Below, piece by piece: positions 8,353 to 20,001 of a stretch of DNA of 64,000 bases. The stretch's first letter is position 1, and each line of letters begins with the position of its first letter. This DNA comes from an uncultured Rivularia sp. (lineage in GTDB: Bacteria > Cyanobacteriota > Cyanobacteriia > Cyanobacteriales > Nostocaceae): NCBI GenBank assembly GCA_963665115.1, contig OY762007.1:6208001-6272000 (forward strand). The letters run 5' to 3'. The notes below the pieces were generated by a model, which was given only the letters and a program-made list of their open reading frames with translations, had not been told where the DNA came from and ran no database searches. A program made the translations under genes and the position numbers.

Positions 8353-10836
8353 ATGGAAGGTCAAGCTATGCGAAACACAGTGGCTAATCAAAAATCGGAA
8401 CGTCTTCGTTCTACCGAACAAGCTTTAGTACTACCTTTTGATGAAGTTGGAATTGCTGATATATCTAAAGTTGGCGGAAAGAATGCTTCTTTAGGTGAAA
8501 TGATTCGTCAACTTCAACCCAAAGGTGTAAAAGTCCCTACCGGGTTTGCGACTACAGCTGACGCTTATCGGTATTTTATCTCTTCGGCAGGATTGGAAAC
8601 GAAACTTAGAGAAATATTTGCAGATTTAGATGTAGAGGATATTAGCAACCTGCGAGAACGAGGTAGGAAAGCTAGAATTTTGATGTTGCAAACTTCTTTT
8701 CCTAAAGAATTAGAACAAGCAATAGCCGAAGCTTACCAAAATCTCTGCAACCATTACGGTACCGATACCGATGTCGCAGTTCGTTCCAGTGCTACCGCTG
8801 AAGATTTACCCGATGCTAGTTTTGCAGGACAACAAGAAACTTATCTCAACGTTCACGGATTACCCGATGTTTTGCAATCTTGTCACAAGTGTTTTGCATC
8901 CATTTTTACTGATAGAGCCATTTCATACCGACAAATCAAAGGCTTTGACCATTTTGATGTAGCCCTTTCTGTCGGCGTGCAAAAAATGGTACGTTCTGAT
9001 TTATCAACTTCTGGTGTGATGTTTTCCATCGATACCGAAACTGGTTTTAAAGATGCTGCGTTGATTACAGCAGCATACGGTTTGGGTGAAAATGTCGTGC
9101 AAGGTGCCGTGAATCCCGATGAGTATCTGGTATTTAAACCGACATTAAAACAAGGTTATCGTCCCATTTTAGAAAAACGTTTGGGAAGCAAAGAAATCAA
9201 GATGGTTTACGAGATGGGTGGGACAAAATTAACTAAAAATATTCCCGTACCCGTTAGCGATCGCCATTTATTTGCTTTATCAAATGAAGAGATTTTACAG
9301 TTAGCTCATTGGGCTTGTTTAATCGAAGAACACTACTCTAAAGTGCGCGGTACCTATACCCCGATGGATATCGAATGGGCAAAAGACGGTATCACCAACG
9401 AGTTATTTATCGTCCAAGCTCGTCCCGAAACGGTACAGTCACAGAAGGTTAATAACGTTCTACGTACCTATCACTTTGTCAAAGGTAATAATTCATCCCC
9501 CCTTCCCCCTCTCCCCCCCTCTCCCCATCCTCTCCTCACTGGACGCAGCGTAGGTTCGGCAATCGGACAAGGTAAAGCCAAAGTAATCCTTGATGTAAAT
9601 AATCTCAATCTGTTTGAGGAAGGAGACGTACTGATAACAAATCGTACTGACCCCGATTGGGAACCGATTATGAAAAAAGCTGCTGCCATAGTAACTAATT
9701 CTGGCGGTCGTACTTGTCACAGCGCTATTATTGCTAGAGAATTAGGAATTCCGGCAGTAGTTGGTTGTGGTAATGCTACTACAACTTTAACAACAGGAGA
9801 AGATATCACCGTTTCTTGTGCTGAAGGTGAAACGGGTAAAGTTTATCGTGGTTTATTACCTTATGAAGTAGAAGAAATTCATTTGGAAAAATTGCCCCAT
9901 ATCCCCACAAAAATAATGATGAATGTGGGTAATCCCGAAGAAGCTTTTGGTTTAAGTGCTATACCTAACTCGGGTGTGGGACTTGCAAGGATGGAATTCA
10001 TTATTGCTAACCATATCAAAGCCCACCCATTAGCATTAATTAACTTTCATGAGTTGACAGATAAATTTGAGAAATCCAAAATTTTTGAATTAACTCGTAA
10101 TTACGAAGATAAAACGCAATTCTTTGTAGATAAATTAGCGAGAGGAATCGGAACTATAGCCGCAGCATTTTATCCTAAACCTGTAATTGTCCGTTTAAGT
10201 GATTTCAAAAGTAACGAATATTCCAATCTTTTGGGTGGAAAACAATTTGAACCCCACGAAGAAAATCCGATGTTAGGATGGCGAGGTGCTTCTCGTTATT
10301 ACGATCCAAAATACCGCGAAGGTTTTGCTTTAGAATGTCGGGCTATGAAACGAGTACGAGACGAAATGGGTTTAACCAACGTGATTTTAATGGTTCCATT
10401 TTGTCGCACTCCCGAAGAAGGTAGCCGTGTATTAGCAGAGATGGCTAAAAACGGTTTAGTTAAAGGTGAAAACGGCTTACAAGTTTATGTAATGTGCGAA
10501 TTACCTTCTAACGTCCAGCTAGCAGATGAATTTTGCGAAGTTTTCGACGGTTTTTCTATCGGTTCCAATGATTTAACTCAGCTAACCCTTGGTTTAGATA
10601 GAGATTCGGAATTAGTAGCGCATTTATTTGACGAACGCAACGAAGCAGTCAAGCGGATGATAGCTAAAGCAATAACAACCGTCAAACAAAACGGACGTAA
10701 AATCGGTATCTGCGGACAAGCACCCAGCGACTATCCCGAATTTGCTCGCTTTTTAGTAGAGCAAGGAATTGATTCAATGAGTCTTAATCCGGATTCGGTG
10801 TTGAAGACGCTTTTAGAAATTGCTTCGATGGAGTAG
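8353..10836 (+). CDS. ppsA: Phosphoenolpyruvate synthase (pyruvate, water dikinase)
   Basis: VGGKNASLGEM, VAVRSSATAEDLPDASFAGQQET, phospho-His motif GGRTCHSAIIARELG, FSIGSNDLTQ. Confidence 0.97.
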   Translation: MEGQAMRNTVANQKSERLRSTEQALVLPFDEVGIADISKVGGKNASLGEMIRQLQPKGVKVPTGFATTADAYRYFISSAGLETKLREIFADLDVEDISNLRERGRKARILMLQTSFPKELEQAIAEAYQNLCNHYGTDTDVAVRSSATAEDLPDASFAGQQETYLNVHGLPDVLQSCHKCFASIFTDRAISYRQIKGFDHFDVALSVGVQKMVRSDLSTSGVMFSIDTETGFKDAALITAAYGLGENVVQGAVNPDEYLVFKPTLKQGYRPILEKRLGSKEIKMVYEMGGTKLTKNIPVPVSDRHLFALSNEEILQLAHWACLIEEHYSKVRGTYTPMDIEWAKDGITNELFIVQARPETVQSQKVNNVLRTYHFVKGNNSSPLPPLPPSPHPLLTGRSVGSAIGQGKAKVILDVNNLNLFEEGDVLITNRTDPDWEPIMKKAAAIVTNSGGRTCHSAIIARELGIPAVVGCGNATTTLTTGEDITVSCAEGETGKVYRGLLPYEVEEIHLEKLPHIPTKIMMNVGNPEEAFGLSAIPNSGVGLARMEFIIANHIKAHPLALINFHELTDKFEKSKIFELTRNYEDKTQFFVDKLARGIGTIAAAFYPKPVIVRLSDFKSNEYSNLLGGKQFEPHEENPMLGWRGASRYYDPKYREGFALECRAMKRVRDEMGLTNVILMVPFCRTPEEGSRVLAEMAKNGLVKGENGLQVYVMCELPSNVQLADEFCEVFDGFSIGSNDLTQLTLGLDRDSELVAHLFDERNEAVKRMIAKAITTVKQNGRKIGICGQAPSDYPEFARFLVEQGIDSMSLNPDSVLKTLLEIASME

Positions 10837-10904
10837 GTAATGGGGAGAAAGAGTTAGTACCACCGGAGTTAGGAGTTAAGAGTTAATAATTATTAATTCA
10901 AAGC

Positions 10905-10995
10905 CCAATCCCCAATTCCCAATTCCCAATCCCCAATTCCTAGCAACTAACAACCAACAACTAACCACTAACAACTAACAACTAACAACTAACTA
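10905..10995. repeat. STRR-type heptamer tandem repeats
   Basis: (CCCAATT/CCCAATC)n followed by (ACTAACA/ACTAACC)n. Similar tracts at about 17652-17765, 20715-20780, 21905-21992, 26850-26960, 32000-32160 and 58930-59003. Confidence 0.8.
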
Positions 10996-11000
10996 TTATT

Positions 11001-11531
11001 ATGTTTAACAAAATTTTGGTTTCGATTGACAATTCTGACATGACTCAACACGTTGTTGATGAAGCTGTATCTTTAGCGAAAGCAACGGGTGGAAGTTTAA
11101 TGTTTCTACACGTTATATCTCCACTGGATGAGCCATATTTTGACCCTTTGTTTATGCAACCAACTATTCTTTATTCAGAGTTACACCAAGAAACTCAAAA
11201 GAAGAATTTGAGTGATTGGGAAAAATTTAAGCAAGATAAACACAATTGGTTACGTTCTCTATGTGAGTCTGCAACTTCTTCTGGTGTAAAAACTGAATTC
11301 ACTCTTAATATTGGCGACCCAAGTAACAGAATTTGCGATATGGCTCGTGCTTGGGATGCTGATGTAATAGTAATTGGTCGTCGAGGTCGTCGTGGTTTTA
11401 CTGAATTCTTTTTGGGTAGCGTAAGTAATTATGTAATGCATCATGCACCTTGTTCTGTACTAACTGTGCAAGGACCAATTATTTCAACTACGGAAACATC
11501 TCAAAATAAAGAGGTAGAAACTTCTAGTTAA
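11001..11531 (+). CDS. Universal stress protein (USP), second paralog
   Basis: MFNKILVSID...IGRRGRRGFTEFFLGSVSNYVMHHAPCSVL. Confidence 0.95.
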   Translation: MFNKILVSIDNSDMTQHVVDEAVSLAKATGGSLMFLHVISPLDEPYFDPLFMQPTILYSELHQETQKKNLSDWEKFKQDKHNWLRSLCESATSSGVKTEFTLNIGDPSNRICDMARAWDADVIVIGRRGRRGFTEFFLGSVSNYVMHHAPCSVLTVQGPIISTTETSQNKEVETSS

Positions 11532-11656
11532 TAATTAAATAATTAGTAGTTAAAAATTTCAAACTGGACTTTGGACAAGAAACACTTAATTTTCCTCACG
11601 TATCAATAACCGAATCGGATAGAAGCATTTATCAAGTATTCAGGAGGTTAATAAAC

Positions 11657-11881
11657 GTGGATAGGCAAAATAAAAAGCGGTTTTGGCTTGGTTTTTTGGG
11701 TTTCATCGGATTTCTCGGATTTCTTGGATTTGCCCAAAATGCCCCACCGTTACTATTCTATTTTACATTTTTTTCCTTTTTTAGTGCTTTTCGCTATCTG
11801 AGAGAAGAATTAAAATATTTGGGATTGTTGGGCATAGTCGGCTTTATCATCGCAATATTGGGTGTGTTAGGAATGATTTAA
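11657..11881 (+). CDS. Small Gly/Phe-rich membrane protein (DUF3796-like)
   Basis: LGFLGFIGFLGFLGF...FTFFSFFSAF; AGGAGG RBS before GTG. Confidence 0.7.
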   Translation: MDRQNKKRFWLGFLGFIGFLGFLGFAQNAPPLLFYFTFFSFFSAFRYLREELKYLGLLGIVGFIIAILGVLGMI

Positions 11882-11971
11882 ATCTAATCGCCAATCTAAT
11901 CGTTTTTTGTTCAAAGTCTAATCAAAATTGCACCGTAATTTTAAACTTATAATTATTTGTTCAGGGGGGCT

Positions 11972-13006
11972 ATGATGTCTGAATTATTAGATATTTGGAA
12001 AGTCAAAGAAAACGAATTTCCTCACACTGGCACAACCGAAGAAAAACTCAAATTCATTCTCAATTACGTAATATTAGCTCCTTCTAGTCACAATACTCAA
12101 CCGTGGTTATTCAAAATAGATTCAGAAGCTATTTATCTTTATGCTGACAGGAATCGAAGTTTATTTATTGCAGATCCCCAAGGTAGAGAATTAATTATCA
12201 GTTGCGGTACGGCTTTGTATAATCTACGTATTGCTCTACATCATTTTGGCTATAAAGGTGAAATTATTACTTTTCCCGATCCAACAAATGCTAATTTATT
12301 AGCCTGCATTAAATTGGGAAATCCTATTAAAGAAAGTACTGACAATAAACTTTTATTTAGTGCAATTCCCAAAAGACATACTAACAGACTAAATTATCAG
12401 TGGTGGGATGCTCCGCAATCTTTACTCAGATGGCTACAGTCAGATGCAGAACTCGAAGGTGCATGGCTACATATTGTCAAACATAATACTATTCGCCATC
12501 AAATTGCAGAGCTAGTAGTACAAGCCGAACACTTGCTAATGGCTGACCCTAATTATCGTCAGGAATTAGCAAATTGGATTCGTCCTGCTAACAATAATAC
12601 TAATGACGGTATCCCCGTTTATGCTCAAGGTATAGACGAACATTTCGATTTTGCAACTCCTTTGTTCGCTAAAGTTCTACAAACATTTGATTTAGGAAAT
12701 TCTGTAGCCGAACGCAGTCGTAAACTTGTAGAACAATCACCAGCAATTGTAGTCTTAGGTACTAAAAATGATACTTCTAACAGTTGGTTAGCAGCAGGAC
12801 AAGCTTTAGAAAGAATATTATTAAGAAGTCAAGCTGTAGGACTAAGTTGTTCTTTCTTAAATCAACCCGTTCAAGTACCACAGTTGCGAAGCGAATTGAA
12901 CAAAGTATTATCTCAACCCGGTTTCCCACAAATTGTTTTGCGTCTGGGTTTTTGTAAGGAAGTTAAACCAACTCCAAGACGAGGAATTGATGAGGTGTTG
13001 ATTTAA
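11972..13006 (+). CDS. Acg-family FMN-binding nitroreductase-like protein
   Basis: LAPSSHNTQPW, DPQGRELIISCG.AL.NL, AIPKRHTNR, WLAAGQALERILL, PTPRR. Confidence 0.9.
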   Translation: MMSELLDIWKVKENEFPHTGTTEEKLKFILNYVILAPSSHNTQPWLFKIDSEAIYLYADRNRSLFIADPQGRELIISCGTALYNLRIALHHFGYKGEIITFPDPTNANLLACIKLGNPIKESTDNKLLFSAIPKRHTNRLNYQWWDAPQSLLRWLQSDAELEGAWLHIVKHNTIRHQIAELVVQAEHLLMADPNYRQELANWIRPANNNTNDGIPVYAQGIDEHFDFATPLFAKVLQTFDLGNSVAERSRKLVEQSPAIVVLGTKNDTSNSWLAAGQALERILLRSQAVGLSCSFLNQPVQVPQLRSELNKVLSQPGFPQIVLRLGFCKEVKPTPRRGIDEVLI

Positions 13007-14172
13007 GCATTATCTTGAACAAAGGCATTTTCTAAGACTTGTTTGATACAATCGCAAAATATAAATTCTATGTTTTGGCAGTCCAATTCTGGTATATCTA
13101 CTAAATATTGTTGATTTGCAGTAGGTAATATTAGACGTTTGATGCCAATCCGATTAGCTGCCAAAATCTTTTCTCGAACACCACCCACAGGAAGAATTTC
13201 TCCACTGAGGTCAATTTCCCCGCTCATCGCTGTATCGGTGCGTACCGGACGATTCATTAATAAAGAAGCAATAGCCGTTACGATAGTTACACCTGCGGAT
13301 GAACCGTCTTTCGGTACGGAACCTGCTGGAATGTGAATATGCAAGCCGTTAGTTTTAAATACATTTATATCGATACCCAATAATTCTGCATTAGACCGAT
13401 GCATGACGAACGGCAACTTTACGACAGAGGGAACCCAACTGCTGTTCTACCTGACGAACCCCAGCTTCACGGGTGTAGTTTTCAATTATCAAGTTTATAG
13501 TTTGAGGTGACAGCTGCAAAGCTTGATTCGGGAGTCCAGCTTTTTCGATTTGACGGGGTAACAGATGTTTTTGAGCAATAGCTAATTTTTCTGTTTCCGA
13601 ATAACCAGGAATTTCGATAATTTCTAATCTATCTAACAGTGGTGCGGGTACTTCCGATAAATTATTCGCAGTTGCGATAAAGAAAACCTGCGATAAATCA
13701 AAGTTGCAATCTAAATAAAGGTCGCGGAAACAATTGTTTTGCTGCGGATCGAGTATTTCTAATAATACCGAAGCAGGGTCCCCCCGATGACTATCCGTGC
13801 CGACTTTATCTAATTCATCAAGCATAATTACCGGGTTTGTGACACCACACCGATGCAACGCTTGAATAATTCTACCCGGCATTGCACCAATATAAGTCCG
13901 TCGATGACCGCGTAATTCTGCTTCATCGCGCAATCCACCCAAACTTACCCGCCCGAACGGACGATTCAAAGTACGAGCGATGGAATTACCCATACTGGTT
14001 TTACCAACTCCGGGTGGTCCAACGAAACATAAAACCGTACCTACAGATATTTGGCTTGATTGCTTTTCTTTTAACTGTATAGCTTGCTTCAATTTAAAAG
14101 TAGCTAAATATTCAATAATTCGGTCTTTAACTTTAGCTAAGCCGTGATGGTCTGCATCTAAAGTTTCTCTAG
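13003..14172 (-). pseudogene. lon: Lon protease remnant (N-terminus lost; internal deletion/frameshift)
   Basis: The frame reads ..[20 protein letters not shown] from about 14170, then GPPGVGKT and LDELDK. It breaks near 13400 into a second frame with HIHIPAGSVPKDGSSAG. The GLAWT..GG/LTG.LG.VM segment is missing. Confidence 0.85.
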
Positions 14173-14289
14173 TAGAGACGTTGCTGGGCGCAACGTTTTT
14201 TATATGTTTTGATTTTGATTATTGTAATGGTGAAATGATATAAATCAAGGCTTATATCCAATCTAACTACTTATTTAAACCACAATATA

Positions 14290-15195
14290 TTAGTTAATTT
14301 CCTTATCCCCAAAAGTAATGCTATCTACTTTATAAGCAGGTGGCTCAACATGGATAACAACCCGCACAGGATGAAATTTTTCTTGTATACGGTTTTCCAC
14401 CTGTTCAGTAATCAAATGTGCTTGTTCTACATTGAGAGGATCTACAATTAAATGCATTTCAATAAATACTTGCCGTCCAACAACACCTCGCGATGCAATA
14501 TCGTGACAATTAACTACTCCGGGAACCGAAAGTGCTATTTGATGAATAACTTCTGGTGCTACTGCGATTTTATCCACTAACCAAGGTAAATTCTCTTTCA
14601 CAATTGACCACCCACTTCTAAATACCAACATCGCTACTGGTAAAGCCAAAATTATATCTAGCCGCTGATAACCAAACCAAACACCTATTAAACCTCCAAT
14701 CACCGTAATAGTTATCCAAACATCACTCATCGTATGTTTGGCATCAGCAATTAAAATTGCACTCATAACACGTTTGCCTACAGCACGCTCAGTAAATGCT
14801 ACAAATATATTAAGACCTAAAACAATTAGTAATATCCACAGTTCAAACTGTGAAACTTTGACTACTCCAGCACCCTGGATAATTCTATCAATTACACCTT
14901 GAATAATTTCAAAGCAAGCTATACCTAAAAAAGCTGCAATACCTAATGCTCCTAAAGCTTCAAACTTTTGGTGTCCATAAGGATATTCTCGATCGGGCAA
15001 GGGGGAAGAAAATCTGTTGGCAACTAATCCTAAAATATTGTTAGCACTATCTGTTACACTATGGAGTGCATCAGCAATTAAACTTAAAGAACCAGTTGAT
15101 AATCCTACAAAAATTTTTAATCCCATCACTAATAAATTAAACAACAAAGTGATAGTTAAAACTTTTTGAACTGTGAGACGATTGTCGCGATTCAT
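14290..15195 (-). CDS. Cation diffusion facilitator (FieF-like) transporter
   Basis: SLSLIADALHSVTD, YPYGHQKFE, ADAKHTMSD, VVIHVEP. Confidence 0.92.
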   Translation of the reverse strand: MNRDNRLTVQKVLTITLLFNLLVMGLKIFVGLSTGSLSLIADALHSVTDSANNILGLVANRFSSPLPDREYPYGHQKFEALGALGIAAFLGIACFEIIQGVIDRIIQGAGVVKVSQFELWILLIVLGLNIFVAFTERAVGKRVMSAILIADAKHTMSDVWITITVIGGLIGVWFGYQRLDIILALPVAMLVFRSGWSIVKENLPWLVDKIAVAPEVIHQIALSVPGVVNCHDIASRGVVGRQVFIEMHLIVDPLNVEQAHLITEQVENRIQEKFHPVRVVIHVEPPAYKVDSITFGDKEIN

Positions 15196-15281
15196 AGAGT
15201 AACCCTGTTTATTGCCTTGATTTCATTAGAAGTGATACCAAGGCTTGTAATCTTTGTTTACTATCCTTTGTTAAAACATAA

Positions 15282-15764
15282 TCAAAGTTTATATCCAATC
15301 TGACGTAGAAAATCTTTGCGTTCCACAATATCTTCAGAAGATTCTACACCTTTAGGAGAAAACCCATCAATAACGCCGATAATACCCCTTCCTTGTTCAG
15401 TTTCTGCCACAATTACCTCGACAGGATTCGCAGTAGCACAGTAAATAGTGCAAACTTCAGGAACTTGTCTGATGGTGTTAAGAAAGTTCATTGGATAAGC
15501 ATTTTTCAATAAAATAATAAAGCTGTGTCCTGCCCCTAACTCTAAAGCATTTTTCTGAACAATTGATTGTAAATATTCATCATTTCCTGAATGTCGAACT
15601 AAACATTCTCCCGATGCTTCGCAAAAAGCCAAGCCAAACTTAACTTGTTGTACCTGTTGAATCATGACTTCATGTAAGTCTTCAACAGTTTTGATAAAAT
15701 GACTTTGACCAATGATGATATTACAATCTTCAGGAATCTTTACTGCAACTGTTTCAAGTTTCAT
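15282..15764 (-). CDS. Adenosine-specific kinase family protein (DUF355)
   Basis: NIIIGQSHFIKTVEDL, FGLAFCEASG, IYCATANP, GRGIIGVIDG. Confidence 0.85.
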   Translation of the reverse strand: MKLETVAVKIPEDCNIIIGQSHFIKTVEDLHEVMIQQVQQVKFGLAFCEASGECLVRHSGNDEYLQSIVQKNALELGAGHSFIILLKNAYPMNFLNTIRQVPEVCTIYCATANPVEVIVAETEQGRGIIGVIDGFSPKGVESSEDIVERKDFLRQIGYKL

Positions 15765-15844
15765 AATCTATGTGAACTTATTAGAGAATACTTGTAAATG
15801 ATTATTTTTTGTTGTAATAATCTTTATTTATAGTAAAAAATAAT

Positions 15845-15862
15845 TATGGGGAAGTCGTGAAG
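15845..15862 (-). promoter_or_regulatory. Direct-repeat box 5 (degenerate; upstream of DUF355-CDF)
   Basis: CTTCACGACTTCCCCATA-N9-TACTAT on the minus strand. Confidence 0.6.
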
Positions 15863-15891
15863 GTGCTATTTCCCAGATTAAATATGTTTTT

Positions 15892-15909
15892 CCTCACAAA
15901 ATCCTCAAA
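15892..15909 (+). promoter_or_regulatory. Direct-repeat box 6 (upstream of the N-ATPase operon)
   Basis: CCTCACAAAATCCTCAAA-N9-TAACCT. Confidence 0.85.
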
Positions 15910-15968
15910 TTTATTATTTAACCTTTAAGTTGTACACGAGAAAGCCCACATAACATTAGGAGATTGCT

Positions 15969-16217
15969 ATGACTGCTACATCTGATTTCCTCTATCCTCA
16001 CTCTTCTTTTCACGGAGAAGTCAAACCAGAGAATTTGGTATTCGATGCTAATCTCCAAGAATTTGCTTATAAATCAAGCTATATTTGTAACCTTGAAACT
16101 AATGGTAAGCTTTCTCCAGAAGACGCTTATCAAGAAATCAAAAAACTTTGGAAAGATTTGAAAAATAGTAAAAAGCAACTTCAAATAGGCGAAAACCCTT
16201 TTCGCAAGGATACATAA
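15969..16217 (+). CDS. Conserved small cyanobacterial protein
   Basis: FLYP...GEVKPENLVFDANLQEFA...YICNLETNGKLSPEDAY..IK.LWK.LK.SK; AGGAG RBS. Confidence 0.8.
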   Translation: MTATSDFLYPHSSFHGEVKPENLVFDANLQEFAYKSSYICNLETNGKLSPEDAYQEIKKLWKDLKNSKKQLQIGENPFRKDT

Positions 16218-16234
16218 AGTCAACTCGATTTTAG

Positions 16235-17653
<1,419 letters not shown>

Positions 17654-17769
17654 TGGTAATTGGTAATTGGGCATTGGGCATGGGGAGACAATGAGACAAG
17701 GAGACAAGGAGAAATTAGTTCTTAACTTTCTACTCCTAATTCTTAACTCCTAACTCCTAACTCTTAATC

Positions 17770-18168
17770 ATGATGCAATTAAAAATTTTGCTACCAACAG
17801 AAGTATTAATAGACGAAGCAGCGAGCAAAATTACTGCTGAAGCTGAAAATGGCTCTTTTTGCTTGTTACCCAATCATGTTGATTTTGTCGCTGGATTAGT
17901 TCCGGGATTGTTGTTGTTTGAATCAAGTAATAAAGAAGAAGTTTTTTTAGCAGTTGATGAGGGTATTTTGGTGAAATGCGGTTCTGAGGTATTGGTGTCG
18001 GTACGAAATGCTGTCAGGGGAACTGATTTAGAAACTTTGAAAAATACTGTCGAACAAGAATTTCAAAACTTGGATGAAAGAGAACAGATGACTCGTAATG
18101 CATTAGCGAAATTAGAAGCTAGTTTTATACGCGGTTTTCTGGAAGTAGGAGGAAAACATGAAATCTAA
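17770..18168 (+). CDS. atpC: N-ATPase epsilon subunit
   Basis: AEAENGSFCLLPNHVDFVAGLVPG; directly after atpD. Confidence 0.9.
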   Translation: MMQLKILLPTEVLIDEAASKITAEAENGSFCLLPNHVDFVAGLVPGLLLFESSNKEEVFLAVDEGILVKCGSEVLVSVRNAVRGTDLETLKNTVEQEFQNLDEREQMTRNALAKLEASFIRGFLEVGGKHEI

Positions 18169-18460
18169 AAAGCCTCGCGAACCTTGGGAAGATTTTCAGG
18201 AGCAGGTTAAGGCTAAATCAAAACGTAAATTGAAAGCACGACGAGAAGCAAACCATACTGCTTGGTTTGGTTTAGGGATGTTTGGGATTGTTGGCTGGTC
18301 AATTACTGTTTCAACTTTACTTGGTATAGCGCTAGGGATTTGGATTGATACTAAGTTTCCCAGTCAGTATTCTTGGACGTTGATGTTGCTGTTTGTTGGT
18401 GTTGTTTTAGGTTGTCTAAATGCTTGGTATTGGATTCAAAGCGAGCGTAGCGATGATTGA
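18158..18460 (+). CDS. atpQ: N-ATPase AtpQ (AtpI-like)
   Basis: WFGLGMFGIVGWS...LGIWID...GCLNAWYWI; operon position. Confidence 0.85.
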   Translation: MKSKKPREPWEDFQEQVKAKSKRKLKARREANHTAWFGLGMFGIVGWSITVSTLLGIALGIWIDTKFPSQYSWTLMLLFVGVVLGCLNAWYWIQSERSDD

Positions 18461-19677
18461 GTCAGTACAGACTTTACCGTTAATAATTTTATTAATGGGT
18501 GTAGCTCTTACCCTTGCTATTTTGATTAAGACTTTACTGGCTAAAATTGGTATTCCCGCACTAATCGGTTATTTAATATTGGGATTCATATTAAAACTTT
18601 TAGATGCACAATCAAACTTTCTTTCGAGAGAAGCAGAAGAAATATTTGAGTTTCTTGCTGAATTAGGAATTATTTCCCTGTTGTTTCGAGTGGGTTTAGA
18701 AAGTGATTTAGTGGGATTACTCCGTCAGTTACCCAAAGCGTTTGGCGTATTAATTGGTGATGTTTTAATTAGTGGTGTTTTTGGTTTTGTTACCGCTTAT
18801 TTTTTCTTAAAAATAGCTTTGATTCCTAGTCTATTTATTGCTATAGCCTTTACTGCAACTAGTGTAGGCGTTTCTGTAAGTGTCTGGCGAGAAAAAAACG
18901 CGGTTCGGACTTCCAATGGTGAAATTCTCCTGGATGTAGCGGAGTTAGATGACATAATCAGCGTCATTTTAATGGCATTTTTATTTACTGTCGCTCCCTC
19001 TGTGCATGATGGCACTCAACTATCAATATTATCAACCCTGGCTGTAACATCCAAAATATTCCTTATAAAAGCTATTGGTTTTGGTGCTTTGTGCCTGTTA
19101 TTTTCACGTTACGTTGAAATAAATTTAACTCAGTTTTTTAGCAAAATAGAAAAGCCGCCCGACCCCCATGTTAGAGGTAGTTGGAGTGGGCTTTATTATT
19201 GCTGCGCTTGCTGGATTGCTGGGTTTCTCAGCCGCTATAGGTGCGTTCTTCGCTGGACTTTTATTCAGCCGCGATTCAGAAGCGGTGAAAATGGATGCTT
19301 CTTTCGGAGCTTTATATGAACTTTTTACCCCATTCTTTTTTATCGGTATCGGCTTGAATATTCAACCTCGTGCGTTAAATGAAGGTTTAGCAATCGGTTC
19401 AATTCTGTTGATAGCAGCAGTTATAGGTAAGTTAGTTGGTGCGGGGATTCCAGCCTTTTTTGCTACAGATTGTACTGGTGCGACACTGATTGGTTTTAGC
19501 ATGATTCCTAGAGCCGAAATTTCCATGATTATCATGCAACGAGGATTGATATTAGGAGATTGGGCTGTTCCTTCTAATATATTTGCTGCAATGGTTTTTG
19601 TTTGTGCAGTAACCAGCGTCATAGTACCGATTTTTCTCAATTCTTTACTCGGTAAATTACAACTTCAGGAGGAATAA
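18453..19677 (+). pseudogene. CPA2-type cation:proton antiporter split by a +1 frameshift (possibly a sequencing error)
   Basis: LLFRVGLES, TATSVGVSV, AELDDI in frame 1; IGAFFAGL, MIPRAE in frame 2. The break is at the C5 run 19163-19167. Confidence 0.8.
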
Positions 19678-19679
19678 AA

Positions 19680-19961
19680 ATGAATTATTCTATGCATCTA
19701 TTACTAGCTTTAACTTTCGGTTTTGCAATTGGAATATTTTACTTTAGCAGCCTTTGGGTAACAGTTAGACAGCTACCAACAACGCAACAACCAATATTAT
19801 TAATTATAGGTAGTTTATTAGGTCGTTTAAGTATTGCTGTACTTGGCTTTTACTTAGTTATGGATGGAAGCTGGCAACAATTACTAGTTGCTTTATTAGG
19901 CTTTGTGTTAGCACGCAGTATTTTAATTAGACGTTGGAAACCCAGGACTTTTTCTAGATAA
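19680..19961 (+). CDS. atpR: N-ATPase AtpR
   Basis: GIFYFSSLWVTVR...SLLGR...GFVLAR; three TMs carrying Arg residues. Confidence 0.85.
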   Translation: MNYSMHLLLALTFGFAIGIFYFSSLWVTVRQLPTTQQPILLIIGSLLGRLSIAVLGFYLVMDGSWQQLLVALLGFVLARSILIRRWKPRTFSR

Positions 19962-20001
19962 TTAAAAATTATAAACCCTTTAACCTTTGACCTTTTTTAT
20001 C

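Noticed and set aside
9257..9264. GCGATCGC octamers (about ten in the window)
   Set aside because: Known HIP1 sequence; a taxonomic clue only.
11593..11600. TCCTCACG upstream of the 11657 ORF
   Set aside because: Only one half-site, with no second CTCA at +11. The same applies to partial matches near 34662 and 41695; CCTCAC at about 55371 is the RBS of the DUF2949 gene.
19163..19167. Programmed frameshifting or phase variation at the split genes
   Set aside because: The runs are only 3-5 nt and I see no slippery heptamer or stimulatory structure.
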